Positions 25,198-39,102 are shown, counted from the whole stretch's first letter. The stretch is DNA of 62,462 nucleotides, filler included, from Sphacelaria rigidula (GCA_964200075.2; 8 parts of 8 records of this genome joined end to end with filler, not necessarily neighbours in it); one strand, 5' to 3'. Program-made: numbers and translations. Notes: generated by a model not told the origin, from the letters alone.

Positions 25198-27619
25198 CTG
25201 TGTTTGCGCCGAGAGAAAAAATATATATCACCGTCGGAGGATATCGGATTTTTGCCGAGATCGGAACTCTCAGCATTGATACCGTGAGTAAACAGGAGCG
25301 GACAAGGCTGCACAGGTCGGACAGCCCATGAGGTATTGATGACAAAAAGCACTGATCGAAGATGACCCTCAGAAATACGTGACAGTGGGGTCGGAGAAGT
25401 CCAAACGCTAATCTCGCGCTCATCCGCGTGCTAGGCGACCAGCGCTGTAGGGAGCAAAAATGGTTAAAAAAACAAAAAGGGATAAAATGAGATCCGGATC
25501 AGCACACTGATGAGACGTTTATATTTAGGTAGCTGCCCATGGCCTGTCCGACGTGTGCAAGTTTGCATGCGCTCCTTCTTTCGTTCGACATTATTCAGGA
25601 CACTACGAGGTGGGCCAGCTGACAGTGATTATTCTTGAATAAGTCCTGGCGATGCGATTGGTCATTCGAAGAGTCGAGCGCTGAAATTTTGGCACGGCAT
25701 TTTTATCATCTACCCGCGCAACATTATTGGGGGTGCAACATTATTGGGGGTGCAGAGTAACAAAAAACAAAAAAAAGAAGTTCGCGCGAGTTGAAGTTTC
25801 AGCAAAAACAGGCAAAATGCTTTAGCTCCGTGTTGAATTAACGAATACGGCTGTACCCCGAACATTGTTGTGGGCACTCGCGTTCAGGAGATCCCTGTAA
25901 AGTTTCGGCCAAGAACACCTCAAATTGGGCGCCGCATCGCACTCTTCGAATGAAACGGCCGGGCCTCTTCAATCCAAGTGATGCAGGAGACTCCCGTTAT
26001 GGAGGTCATGAGTTCGAATCCCGACATTTTTTTGTTTTCGTTCCGTCGTTAAGGTCATATATTATGCAGTAAATTTCTTTTGATTTTTTTTCTTGATTCG
26101 GCGGCGGTGCCGTGTGCTATTATTATAGGTTGGTCTGCAGTTCACAGCGATATGCTCAACTTTCGCTGATTTGGGAAACTTGAGAAGTTGTGGTGTGGAA
26201 AGCGAATGCGGGATTTACTGCTCGCCACGCTCGTATTTAATTAGGTTCGTCCACACATACGTGTGAGCTACTCTGATACCCTATGTAACGCGACGACGCA
26301 CGCGGTTTGGCTTGCTTTCGGGGGACGGGAGAGGGGAGGGGTGCACTCACGAGGAGTTTCCTTCAACGCACCTTGAATGTCCGCTTGTTTTGCTCACTAT
26401 TTGCTATTTCATCGAATCATCTCACAATGATGTTGCAGCTTACACGTACATGATCGCGGGCTGAAATACGAAGTGACACGTGAGACACCGGTGAAAACAC
26501 CGAAAAATGTGCGACAATATCTACCCCTTCCACGTTTACTTTGAGTGTTGTCAAACCACCAGGATCCCGATCGTTGTGCTTTTTTTGTCGTTGATTTCTA
26601 ACCGTATCGCAATTTCGTTCTTCACTACTTGATCGAAATTACCACAGTTGCCCCCCCCCCCCCCTGCCGCGCGCATAAATAAGCACAATACCGTCATTCC
26701 TGGAGCGGCACAAGGGTCCAAGTGACCGAACGCCGTGAAGAATATTTCTCGGTGTTGACTACACACATACACATACGCGAGCTAGACGCACACGGCCCAT
26801 GCAGCAATACTACTAAACCTCCAAACACGCAGCCTATGTTCACGGCCGTGATTTATGTATGGCCTCCTCTCCTACCTTTGAGCCTTGGCGGGAGCCTCGC
26901 GGGGTTTTCTCGTGGCGATCACCACTTTCAAGCCTGACGTTCATGCCAGTGTACAGTATCCTGTTTTGTTTCCTTTACTCGGGACGATAACAAGCTCTTC
27001 AGCGAGGAGTGATACTGCCAAAAGTTCGAAGCGCCGGATCAATGATTTCAACAACAAGAACGGCTGGCTGTCTCGTTGTGAATGATTCGTCTCTTCAGTC
27101 TTTGCTTGGGCAGAGTTTGCGCAACATCCAAATTCAATGGAGTATCATCACATGGCATGTACCATAGAATCATCGTTGTAACTGGCTTCATTCCACTTCT
27201 GCAGCGTCCGACTGCGAGATCCAGCAGAGCTAACCCCAACTCGTCGCCACAGCCGGTGGTTCAAAATGATCGGTTCCACTTGTTGTGGACCACTGCATTT
27301 GGATATTTTCGGAGCTGACAGTCTCAGGTGCTCGTCACCATGAGCAGCACACGTATCTTGCTCAGATCAGCGCCTGAGGCTAGGGGCACTTCTTCAACCG
27401 CCGTTTCCTGAGGGTTCTCGGTATGCCTTGGGTAGCTGTGCTGAATGGATTGTTCGCTACAAGATCTTCACCAATACAATACTTCGCGGATTCGCTGACT
27501 TAGTGGTTTATTGGTGAAGTTCCTCTGACAAGCAATAGGAGTACTTCGAGTTCGAATCTCGGTGCATTCTTGTCTTTTTGAATAGTCAACAGAAGGCCTT
27601 GCGAGGGATTGGGAGATCC

Positions 27620-29370
27620 GGGGATCCCCGATGTAATTCATGCCGTGATAGACCACACACCATATATATTGTATTTGCCTGTCTTGCGCGGAGCCTTTGG
27701 CGTTCCCCCGCCAACAGGGCGCGGTTGTCATCAGCACCTTTTCAACGACCTGTCCGCTTTAGGAACAAAACCCTATCCTTGACCGCGGCAAGAGCCCTCT
27801 CGGGCAACAGTGCCCGCTCCATTCGCAGATTGTCTCGTACAGTCGTGAAATCGGAGGCAAGGGAAAACAAAAAACTGGTTCATAACAATGTCTTCGGCAA
27901 ATGTCCACGCCCAACGCCCGAGCACGCGACTGAACGACCTCGATCTTTATTCAAACAGTCATTCGGGTCCTGCCTCCCTACTGTACCTCGAGTCGAACCC
28001 TACCAGTACGCCCATTTTATATGCTTTCTGTGACGACGAGAGCTCTGGAGATTATTTACGAGCTCTATGACCCCTCGTCTTGCTCGTGTACCGTTAACGG
28101 CATGCACATGCCCTCCAAGCACGGTGCGTGATTATATATCTTTATGCTCAACACTTGGAAGATATGTGCATCTTGATAACGGTACACGAGCAAGATCAAG
28201 GGGCATAGGGCTGGCGAACAATCTTCAGAGCTATCTCATCACAGTAAGCATAAGAGATAGACATACTGGAAGGGTTCAACGACCCGAGGTACAGTAGGGG
28301 GCAGGGTTGGATTCGGACGAAGATCAAGGTTGTTCAGTCGCGTGCTCGAACTGTGGATGTGGACATTGCCGAGGAAAATGTGGTGAACAATTCCTGTTTT
28401 CCCTCCCCTTCGATTTCACGACTGTACGAGGCAATCTGCGAATGACGCGGAAACTGTTGCTCGAGAGGACTCGTGCTGCGGTCAAGGACGATGTTTCGTC
28501 GCCAAGGCCGCTTCTTATGGCAAACGAAAAAATATACTTCCAAGTATATCTTGAAAAAATGTATTTTTGGTCTATCTGCGTGGTTTGACGCCCTAAAAGA
28601 GGGCTAGACGACTTTTGACACCTTGGAAATGAGTTGTCTACTCGTTGACACGGTTTCAGGAAGCTATTGCGTTTTCCGATGGTGGCAGTTTTTTGGCCAA
28701 ATTTGCATTTTTGTCCGAGGACGGTCAAGTCCAGAAAAAAATTACACTTTTTTTTACAGATTTGACCGTCCTTGACCGTTCTTGGACAAAATGCACGTTC
28801 TACTTAAACAAAACTGCGGCCACCGGGAAACGCGAACGACTAATGCTGCGATAGCTCCCCACCAAAAAGTGGCTGGTTCGGGGAGGCAAAATCTACACGT
28901 AAATTGAAATGACAAAAACCGAGCACAACGAGCCGCAGGGAATTTCCACGCTTGGGATCATTTTCGCCAATGTCGCTCGTAGGAGGGCGCTTCCATGCAG
29001 CCTGAAACCAAACATCATGCGCTGTATGACCATTTTCTTCGTGACAGTTTTGGGCTGGTTTGAGAGGGGGAGGTTATCGTAGCATTAGTAAAAGGTCTCT
29101 TGACACCGTCTCAACGAGTAGAGCAAGTCATTCCAAGGTGTCAAAATCCGTCTAGTCCTCTTCTAGGGCAAGAAACGACGCAAAAGGATCAAAACGGCAG
29201 TTCAACAGGATTTTTGTTGTGTTGGCCACAAGAAGCGGCCTAAGGTAGAAGTATGGCGCGTACTACAACCGCGCCCTTTTCGCGGGGAACGGCAAGGGCT
29301 TCACCCAAAAGGGCAATGCGAAAGATATCGTGTGGTCCATCCCGGCATGTATGACATCAGGGATCTCCGC
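27620..29370. mobile_element. Large foldback element interrupted by a MITE
   Basis: Left arm ~27775-28010 pairs with ~28263-28490; outer left arm ~27620-27730 pairs with ~29265-29370, beyond the inserted MITE. Confidence 0.75.
28505..29240. mobile_element. Harbinger/Tourist-like MITE
   Basis: CAA|GGCCGCTTCT ... AGAAGCGGCC|TAA; arms share the TTGACACCTTGGAA..GACTTGCT motif with 18391-18867. Confidence 0.75.
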
Positions 29371-29849
29371 ATTCGTCCGCCTGTAACGCTTGGGGGTTTG
29401 GGTCCCTGAAACGATCGATTGTTGGAATTTGAATTGGATACAGTGTGTGCTCACTCGTGGTTCGAAGATCAAAGGCTCACTTCGTGGAAATTGATTTTTG
29501 CGGCCAAGCTCCATCTGTACATACAAGAAATGAAAAAAAATCATCTGAGCATGGGCTGTGCGACTGCGGCTGGTGTAGATGATTGATTAATTGATTGACC
29601 GTCGCACGTGATGATTCGCCACGGATCTGGCCGTTATCGCAAATAGATGTGCCCCAGAACAAATACGTAGAGACGTCTCGAGCAAGGTCAACAAACACTC
29701 AGCTGATGAACTCGTACAGGGCCTACAGGTATGGATATATGGATACCCAACCTCTTTATTACTTATCCCTGTTTTGCTTGTATCGCGTTTTGTGAGTTTT
29801 AATCTGGGTCTATGTATTGTTTTTTCGTTTTTTGCTAGCCTGTGACCAC

Positions 29850-29859
29850 NNNNNNNNNN
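29850..29859. other. Intra-scaffold gap (10 N)
   Basis: Ten Ns with no TTAATTAATTAA spacer. Confidence 0.95.
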
Positions 29860-29901
29860 ATGTACCGCGCAGATATCGGAACGGTTTTTAATGTGGAGAC
29901 G

Positions 29902-29930
29902 ACAACAACAACAACAACAACAACAACAAC
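29902..29930 (+). repeat. (CAA)n microsatellite
   Basis: Read directly from the sequence. Confidence 0.9.
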
Positions 29931-31182
29931 TTGCAGACCGGTAAGTATCATCAGGAACTGGGCCTGAACGAACGATACTATTGGAGAAGCTCTCATTTCG
30001 CAGCGTATCGTGGGCAGCGTCTCCTGACAGCACAACTCTGTGCTGGGACCGTAAGATATGCCGCTGCGTCATGTTGTGTGCGACTTTTGTGTGTAGCAAA
30101 CCAGGTTCTGGGGAAACACTTCACTTCACTCCGAACCACAGTAGTTGGCGCGAGGTACATGCACCCCAACCCATCAGCAAAATATATTAAACGAGTCCCG
30201 CCATATATCTCGCCTGATTGTCTCCGGCTGCAGTATGTGTTCCATCTCTATATCCAGGAGATGTCCTGAATGAGCAACTCTCTGCCCCCGAGCAACCCCA
30301 TGGGGGGGCGGCCGGCGGCCCGCGCCGTCGTCGTACTCGGTGCGGACTCCAACACACGAATCCAAGGGCAGCACCCGTTATACTGGAATTAGTGGGAACA
30401 CGGCAGCTGGAGCTTGGTCGTACGTAACATCGGCAACATCGTTGTTGCTGTTGTTGTTGTCGTTGTTGAAGTTGTAGACGATGATGATATTTCTTCGCCT
30501 TCGTCCTCGACGTTTCATTGACCGTAGTACAACCAGCCTGTGTGATAAGTACTAAAAGTGCTGTGAACACGGGGGTTGCCCACTGCCTCATGGCGTTTAG
30601 GCAACATTACACAGCAGCTTAAGACGTTTCTCCCCGCAGCATCGCGAACCTTCAAAGTTTGACCATTATCCAATTATGTCGTGTTAGCGTGTTCAAACTA
30701 TAACGTTTCGTGCCTATTCTACGAGTAACCCTCTCTCGTCCTCTCTAGCATGGAGCATGCATGGGATTACCGTGTCGAAATCCCCGATAATATCAAACAT
30801 GAGGCCATGTTTTTTTTTCTTTTGGCAGATTTTCACCTGGTACTTGAATATTCATCTGCATCCTCCTCCCCTTTGACCCAGCCGGCACCAGACCACTTTT
30901 CAGAACGGTCATGCGTTCGCTCCCTTATTATTACCCATAACAACGCGAAAGCTGAACATATTTTCCCCTCTGCTTTCGAGCACCATCCCCTAGTGACACC
31001 ATACTGTGTATTCTGTGGTCTTCAACTCCAGACATAAGTATTTTATCTAACCAGAGCGGTCGTTTTTCAGAGTGATCCTACGATAGAGAGGGGCGGGGGA
31101 GACGGGGGGGGGGGGGGGGGGGGGGCGCACCCCACACCCAAAACGACGGGGGGAGAAAGATTCAACACCACAAACCACCCCC

Positions 31183-31282
31183 NNNNNNNNNNNNNNNNNN
31201 NNNNNNNNNNNNNNNNNNNNNNNNNNTTAATTAATTAANNNNNNNNNNNNNNNNNNNNNNNNNNNNNNNNNNNNNNNNNNNN
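31183..31282. other. Artificial contig-joining linker
   Basis: Same 100-bp unit. Confidence 0.98.
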
Positions 31283-31452
31283 TACCCCACCTTCCGTCTG
31301 CGGTGCTCGCCACTTTATCTTTTATCGCGAGACGGATCCAGCAGTCCCTTCCCCTCGTCGACCGTTCGGTCGAATTTTATGAAGAAGAAAAAAACTCACC
31401 TGATTTTTTTGGAAAATGACATTACAAACGCTCCCATAAGAGTTGGCCTTAG

Positions 31453-31680
31453 TACCCCACCTTCCGTCTGCGGTGCTCGCCACTTTATCTTTTATCGCGA
31501 GACGGATCCAGCAGTCCCTTCCCCTCGTCGACCGTTCGGTCGAATTTTATGTACCCACGACACTCGTAGTCGCTCTCCACTGTTGGGCATGGTGTGAAGG
31601 AATCCCAGATCGCTCCGAGATTTGAACCCACGACCAAGCCGTCAGAAGGTTTCGAGGTTACCTGCTGAGCCACCGGGGTG
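31453..31680 (-). mobile_element. tRNA-derived SINE (family 1)
   Basis: Minus strand CCCCGGTGGCTCAGCAGG (A box)...GGGTTCAAATCT (B box); body matches 34465-34835; 31453-31551 is exactly duplicated at 31283-31381. Confidence 0.82.
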
Positions 31681-33359
31681 AACGGCTTTAACCTGATGGG
31701 AAATTGGAAATATCCCGGGGTATGTTCGGATATTTGATATTTGCCAGATGAGGGTCATTCATCCCACGAAATATTTGTGTATTGATACATGAAGATGTTA
31801 AGCAACAAGATTGTGCTTATTATTTGCACATAACGGTATACTTCGGGATTGGGGCCGTGACGATCGGACGGGACGGGGCGGGCATCCCGTCCCGAAACCC
31901 TGCTTCTTGTCCCGTCGCGTCCCGTCATTTTTCACCTAAGCAGAGATTTTCCCCTCCCGTTTCCCCATGAAAAGCACTTGCTGTATACCACAGCGCCGTT
32001 TCGGGTTTGAAGTAGTAACTAGCAACTTTTTACCGAATTTTGCACTTTCCGCTGCCAACTGGACTGGCGACGAAACCGGGGAGCGCCACTATCGCCCCGC
32101 GGACCTTGTTTTCTCTCGAACTGGAGCCTAATAGTTTGGCGTGTGATTCGCGAGAAATCCTGCAACAAGTCCATATTTTTTCCGACTTACCTGCCGACTA
32201 ACGCTCGATTTCCAGCCATTGAAAACTTCCACTTGGTCTTATCTAAAAAAAAAAAAAGTGGTGGAGAATTTGTCGCTGAGTTCCTTGCAAAGTCATGGAT
32301 CAAATTTTCAGGTTCCGACTCAGGTTGATCTTGTTTGCAGATATTTCCATCAGGATCGCTCTGCAATTAAACTTATATTCAAATTGGGGTTCAAGGGTTT
32401 CTGATGAATTTCTCAAACGACAGAAGATCACGAAATGTGAATTCCACCGCTCTCTTCTCGTCCCAGGAGTCAACTGTAAATGCTCGGCACGTTTGGGAAA
32501 ATTCGCCATGTTTTTTGTTGTTGTTTTCACATAAAAAACCGTTCCGATATCTGCGAGGTACATTCGTACTGGACATCTGATGCGGACGCCTTCCGTGGTC
32601 ACAGGCTAGCTACGTGTAATGAGGTGTGAGGAAATCAAACAAGACCAAAAAACAAAATACACCTAGATTTAAAACTCACAAAACGCGATACAAGCAAAAC
32701 AGTAAGGATAAATGATGAAGAAGAAAGAGAATACATGTGGCTATCCTCAGAAGATCCGGTGGCGCAGGTGGCCATTCGGACTTCAGGGGGTGGCTCCCGG
32801 CTTTCCAACTCGGCGCGCGAGGCCAAGTAGAAATGAACATAGGGTCCGACTACGGGCGAGGCTCAAGGTCCCAAATACCATCAACCAAAGAGCGAAGAAT
32901 CGCAAGGTTCCATCTTTCGACCTCTCGAGGGACAGCCATACGTACGAGCATCTATATATATAATTTACATGTTTTTTTTTATAGTGGGGAATTATAAGGG
33001 GAGCCAACACGACAGCAAGTTGGCGGATTACTACGCTGGGTGGCTGCGGGAGACCGCCTTGACCCCTAGACCGCGAGAGTAGTCCATCCGGATCATGCAT
33101 ACGTTTTCAAGTGAAATTGATTCCGATTCAACAGATGACCTACTTTCGCCGTCAAAGGGTTAACTAGCTACCGATTACAACGATACCTCAACTTGCCTTT
33201 ACTCTGTAACCATGAAAATATATCAACGTTGATACAACGTGGTTCTCTCAGCCAGCCCAGAGTGCACAACTTTCGTTCCATCGGTGCGCTTATCTCCGCT
33301 GCATGTCGCCACCACTTTGTGCTGTCCGTTCTACTCTTCGGTGGGAATGTCACGAACAG

Positions 33360-33820
33360 ACAACAGCGGTGCCCTTTTTGTTGCCGTGCGCGCAATCTTG
33401 ACGAAGCTGGTAGAGGGGACCAGCGCCTCCTTCGACCTGCCCACTCGCCAGGACTCGTCCACATCCACATCCGCAAGACACACAGGTGGCAATCACCACG
33501 GTCATGCTCACGGGGCAACGAGTGGTGGGGATGGGGAGGGGACTGGGGGTGATGGGCACCATCATGGTGGTGGTGGCGGCGGCGGGGGGCACAGACATGG
33601 CAACGATGATGATGATGATCCCTTCCACTCCAACGGGTGAGCGTGAGCGAGTGCCAGGTAGTAAACTACAAGTGCCAGTATCGCCTCTGACTCGCCGTAG
33701 TCCATATCACAGTCCATTCCTCTGAAACTTCATTTTTTGCGTTGTCAAGTATAAGGAATTTGTGCTGGCGGGGCAAATGTGCAACGGTGTAGCATTCGTA
33801 CGGCAAGAGATGTGTGTGCG

Positions 33821-33862
<42 letters not shown>

Positions 33863-36800
33863 TAGTATACCCATTGTCATTACCAAGTTTTCCCACACGT
33901 TGCCCACGAGGTTCTACCGGTTGCGAGGAAATTCACGATTGGATCAGCGGCAAAAAAAGAATTTGGTCGTGTTGACGCTTCTCGCTAGGTGCTCTGGTCA
34001 ACTGCTGCGGCTCACGAGTGTTTCGCTCCGTTGATGGACCTCGGCGTACATTTGCGCGCAGTCTTGATTCGAACGCTCCGGCTCTGACTGTCGGCCTGCA
34101 ACCCCTAGAAAAAAACATGTCATCCCAACGTCACTGCCCATGTGCACTGATTATGTGTGGTGGGTGTCGCGCAATTGAGCGCGTGCTTGAGTGTTTCACG
34201 TTAACTGTGAGCCAAAACAAACGACATACGCAAAGAAGCGGTGGCTGCCAAACGCGATTTCTACACCGCCTGAATATTGGACATGCACAGGTACCCACGA
34301 GTGCGCCGGCTGGACCGCGATGTGTTCGTGGCGTTGGGCGGACCAGAACTTTTGATAGAGGTGCGCGGAAACATTTATTTTCACTTCTGCAGGTCTTCGA
34401 CGGCGTGCTTTTCTTTCAACCTCGTGCTTCCGGTGTGCTGAATGTTCGTCGTTTTTTATCGACCGGTCGCCCCGGTGGCTCAGTTTGTAACATCGAAACC
34501 TCCTGTCGGTTTGGTCGTGGGTTCGAATCTCGGTGAAGTCACACGATCTGGGATGTTTTCCCACACCATGCCCAACAGTGGATAGCGACTATGTCCTGGG
34601 CACACAGAATTCGACATGATGGTCGACGAGGGAAAGGAACTGCTGAACCCTTCTCGCGATAAAAGATGAAGGCAAGCACCGCAGAAGGAAAGTGGGGAAC
34701 TGAAACAAACAAAAAAAGAGAAAACTCCTGTGTTTGCCTTCCTCCTGTGTGACCCCGGCTGGTGCGCCCACATGTACCGAGAGGTGTAGACCGGCGCCCA
34801 AAATAGATGGGACGACAACACACAACCCACACACATGATACCCGAAATCGTACTCGACTAATCTAAAAATGGGTGGGCGTGTAATTGACAGCACGTCGAG
34901 AACAATAGTAACTTGTTTCAGCTCTTAAATTGTAGCCGTTCGAAACGAACATTGGGGAAAGTACCGGGAGTGTCTACATGGTGCATTCTCGCGCGGGCTT
35001 TGAAAGTTGGGCCCTGAAATTTGGAGGGAAGATGCGCATGGATAATCTAAGCGATGTTCACGTTTTTTTGTCGTTTATTCTCCCGGCCATGACTCCGGGT
35101 GTAGACGGGCGCACTTCTCCCCCCTCCCCCCCTCTCCCCGGAAATATTACAATATTCATGATGATAACCTTGGATTTGACGATGTGCAACTCCCCTCAAA
35201 AGTCGGGTCCTGATCCTCGAACCTTGCGGGAGGAATCGCCGGTGATACGTCATTGTGTCAAATGGTGGAAACAGCCTGTCAAGTGGGGATATTTACCGTT
35301 TCAATATGTTCGTGCTCGTCTCCTTTCGTAGGTTCTTCGAAGGCCGCAATCACCGTCGGACGCGCGCCTCATCCCAGCGGACATCGTGGCGCAAGACACG
35401 CCGGTGTGGAACATAACGCTGTTCGTCTTGAGAGAGCTCTGCTTCACAGATCAGGACTTGAGCGAGAGGTGTGTAGGGGGTTTTGCTTAACTGATTGCAG
35501 TCGTTTATCTGTCTCCAATCCCCCCTTTCGGTTGTTACCGTGTAATAGGTCATTCATTTTCTACTGTGTAAGTAGTTCGTCGCGTCGGGAATCGTTGTTC
35601 CACGGTGGAGATGTCTCTGGCTAGGATCCCCGCACTATGAGTAATTTCGTGTGTCTCCTGGCCTACGCCTGCATTCGCCTCATCTGTTGCCGTGTCTCAC
35701 CGAATGGTATGTTGTCCACATAAAATGGTGGAACGTCCCCTACGCGCGCACAGGTTGGGGTCGTCGGAGCTTATCCTGTTCCTCTTGACGATGATGGGGC
35801 ATCCCGGAGTGTTCGACAACGCCGTTGCGCTGGTGGAAGAGGTGAGGGTTGTAAAACATGGCAGCTACGAATATTGTTCAGATCATGCGACATGCCGAGT
35901 TGAAGGAGTCGGTGTATAGGATGGCCTCTTGGTTGAAAGCTGAGGTCAGTTTTCTTTCCGCACATGTTTCGTCGCCTACACGGCTGCAAGAAGAAACCAC
36001 ACGTTGTCCCCCCGTCTGGTCGGTCCTAGTCCCCTCCGGTATGACGTCACCGACTCCCTGCTCCCACACGCTCCCGTGCCGATTGGCCTGTGCTTATTCC
36101 CCGCGCGCCTGTTGTCTTGCGGAAGATACTTGCTGTGAAGACCAACACGTACTTTTTGGGCGAGGTGCCCGAGTTGCACTCGCTGATGGATAACATGAGC
36201 AGCCAGCAGCTCGCGCATTTCTCTCGGGTACTCGCTTTGCTGGTGTTCGAGCCGGAGTACCGTCAGCTCATGGAAAGCGCTCATGTGCTTAGGTAAGACG
36301 TGACAAGGTAGTCATGGCGCGCACAGCCTGGGCGGGTGAGCGGGCTCAAAAAGAGGTGGTGACGGGAACACCCGATCCCTGGGAAACACGACGTGACACG
36401 TGAAGGGTGCTTGAAGTGGAGAGTGGGGGGGCGCGTTCCCCCAAGGGGGGTTTGTCATTTTTAACGTGCTTCGCGACGTCGAGGTACTAACCCCGAATGT
36501 CCCGTATTGAGTGAGCTCTTCGTGAAGCCATAGTACCCGGCACGATATTTGTTGAGTAATCCCGTGGGCAGCCTGGGAAGAAAGCGGTGTGTTCTGTGTG
36601 GAACGGGTACTTCGGCGTAACAATGTCACCACTGCGTTTCGTCACGTTTGCTTTGGCAGTTGTTTTGCTCGAGCCAGAGATGGCTTCAGAGATACCATTC
36701 TGTGCTCGCTGTATGTAATACACAAGCACGTATGTACTCGGGTGGTCATGCAGATCGATGGAGCTCTTACAGCTGCGGAGAGATCGTGTGGTACGTGCAG

Positions 36801-38564
36801 ACTCGGTGATAGACAAGAACCAGGCGCTGGTCCTGTCGGCACCGAATCTCCTCCCTCGTCTCATGGAACTCCTTAGGATTATGAACTATAATCCGCCTCT
36901 GGCCATGTTTGGTGAGTCAAATGGAAGGCTGGTTGACTTGCTAAGATATTTTCCGAGAGTGAAGGTCCGCAGGGATACATCATATTGAAATTATTGCTGA
37001 GTGACCGTGCCGGTTTTGCAATGATCTTTACGGGGTGGCTGCTGCGGAGACTGTCTCAATGCATAATGCGAGAGGTTACTTCGCACAGCGTGGGTGATCC
37101 GAGCAGGTGCTGTTCTTTCGCGAGATGCATTGAAGGTTAGTCACAATTTTTTTATAATTTTGTGTTTTCGGGGCTACTTTGGGCGGCAAGTTTGGGCGCA
37201 CTACGAACGAGGGGTGCGCTGTTGCCACTAAATGTCTCGGTCTCCTTACATCGTCTTGGATGCACTTCTATTCTTATGTGTGGACCGTTCGTTTTTGTCA
37301 GATGAACACCATGGTGTAGAGATCCCAGACCAGCAATTTGACCACATCCGGATAAGGGTGAGCGGGGGAGAAATAGAGGTTGAGGACAGGACGCGTTTGC
37401 AGGCGGAGGTGGCGAGCGAGTGGACCTACTTTTCAGAGCTTCGCGCGATCGCAGGAGCTGACGCGATGGCTGCGGGACAGGCCGGGACCAGTGGGTAGGG
37501 AACCCTTAGTGGAGGGGAAGGCCACATACCGCCTCTGTGTTTTTCACCGGATGGCCTTCGACTTGCCTTTGTGGTTCCCCAGCCATTCGATAAGCTCTTA
37601 CCGAGTTTCTCATTTTATTCGTTGTATGCTAAGTGCGCACGTATATGTGTAGATTTCAAAAAAGCTTATCTGAAGAAAATGCAAATGCAGCATATTAGAC
37701 ATTCATCCTTCTCACGCCACGATCCACGCGTGTGCGTCTCTTGACCCAAGGTAGAATGCCGCCGGCAGATGGGACACCGTAAATGCCGTTGGATCGCTGT
37801 TCGGCTCTGTTCGGAGTTACGTGTACATGCGTGCACATGAAACGGAACACTAGAGGAGGTCATTGTCGCAGCTGCCTTGCGATCAAACACCCGACTTCCC
37901 CGTCCATGCCGAAAACGTGAACGAACTTGTCTTGTGCCGCATTATTATTTCATTTCTGTCTCTGTCGCCACGTAGAGCCAGCCCAGCACCAGAGCCGTCA
38001 CGCCAGGAATCTCACCGCAGGCGCAGCGGAGCCAACGGCAGCGCGGCCGGCCCGGGTGAGAGCCGCATCGCCAACTTTTTCCGCTCCATCTTTCGTCGAA
38101 ACAACAACAGTACCAATTCTCAGCGCTCTGACACAGCAGCCGAGAACAACTCGGCTACCGCCGCAGGTGACGACGCTACCGGCAGGGGTGGGCCTGTAGG
38201 AGAAGTACATGGAGGGGTAGCGTCGACATGGCGGGTAGAAGGTGGCGGCGGCGGTCCGCTAGCGGCCGTTGGCACAATCGGGGCTAACGGGGCCGGGACG
38301 GAAGGGCTGGCGAACTTCGCCATGCGCGACTTGATCAACTTCTTGAATCCGGCGTTTGCCGCGCCGAATGCGGCGGAAAGTATGGTATCGTTCGAAAGGG
38401 CGTTGGCGTGGTCTGTTGGCGGCTCCATGGCCGCGACCATTGGGGGCGGCAGCGGTGGTGGAAGCGGCGGACGCGTCCGAGGTCGTAGAAGGCTGCAGCT
38501 ACCATCCGCGGAAGAAGCGAGAGAGGAGCTGCAGTTTAACGGGCTATTACTTGCACCTCATCAG
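33360..38564 (+). CDS. TRPC4AP: TRPC4-associated protein (TRUSS)-like gene, partial; exons 33360-33636, 34291-34360, 35332-35468, 35754-35841, 36126-36292, 36754-36911, 37302-37494, 37976-38564
   Basis: All introns are GT-AG with compatible phases. The spliced protein FVALGGPELLIEVLRRP..LRELCFTDQDLSERLGSSELILFLLTMM..FDNAVALVEEILAVKTNTYFLGEVPELHSLMDNMSSQQLAHFSRVLALLVFE..DKNQALVLSAPNLLPRL..LLLAPHQ matches the human TRPC4AP segment as recalled (ATLIEDILGVK..LDEVPNLSSLVSNFDQQQLANFCRILA..NQAALLSIPGFVERL). Start and 3' exons not found. Confidence 0.88.
33824..33858. repeat. (GT)n microsatellite, intronic
   Basis: Read directly from the sequence. Confidence 0.92.
34465..34835 (+). mobile_element. 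tRNA-derived SINE (family 1), near full-length, in TRPC4AP intron
   Basis: GGTCGCCCCGGTGGCTCAGTTTG (A box), GGGTTCGAATCT (B box) and a CA-rich 3' end. Confidence 0.85.
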
Positions 38565-39002
38565 GTGAGAGTGCAGCAATGGGGGCGTTGCTTGTGTATT
38601 CGGGGGGGATTACAGGTTGTTCTCCTTGTTTTTGCACGGTATTGATGGGGTATGCCGGGGGCGCAGATCGGGGTTCCCTGTTTTTCGCAGTTCTTGTTTC
38701 TGATGTGAAACTTTCAGAGGCTTGGAAAAGATGCTAGGTAAGACGGTTCACTGCGAACCAGTCACGAGTGCAACAACAATTACTAGCCTCGGGCCTTGAT
38801 GGTGTACAGTAACTTATTCTTGTCCCAGTGAGGGGCATTGAAGGGCACCACAGCCAACACGGTAAATCAGACGCCAGCCCTTAGTTTTCCCACCCCTTTG
38901 TTGAGTGTTCTTGGCAGAAATATATCACGGTTAGGACGAATCATCACGGGTTCAAATGGCCAAATCCACGATTTCTTCGGCCTGATTGCCCAAAAGGGAG
39001 AA

Positions 39003-39102
39003 NNNNNNNNNNNNNNNNNNNNNNNNNNNNNNNNNNNNNNNNNNNNTTAATTAATTAANNNNNNNNNNNNNNNNNNNNNNNNNNNNNNNNNNNNNNNNNN
39101 NN
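39003..39102. other. Artificial contig-joining linker
   Basis: Same 100-bp unit. Confidence 0.98.

Noticed and set aside
29937..30420. Two exon-like segments after the (CAA)n tract
   Set aside because: Splice-like sites exist but the phase-compatible join hits stops and no homology was recognised.
34465..34540. Functional tRNA genes (also 18197-18268, 31610-31680, 46755-46822)
   Set aside because: A/B boxes are present but no complete cloverleaf was found; the family-1 copies run into a shared SINE body.
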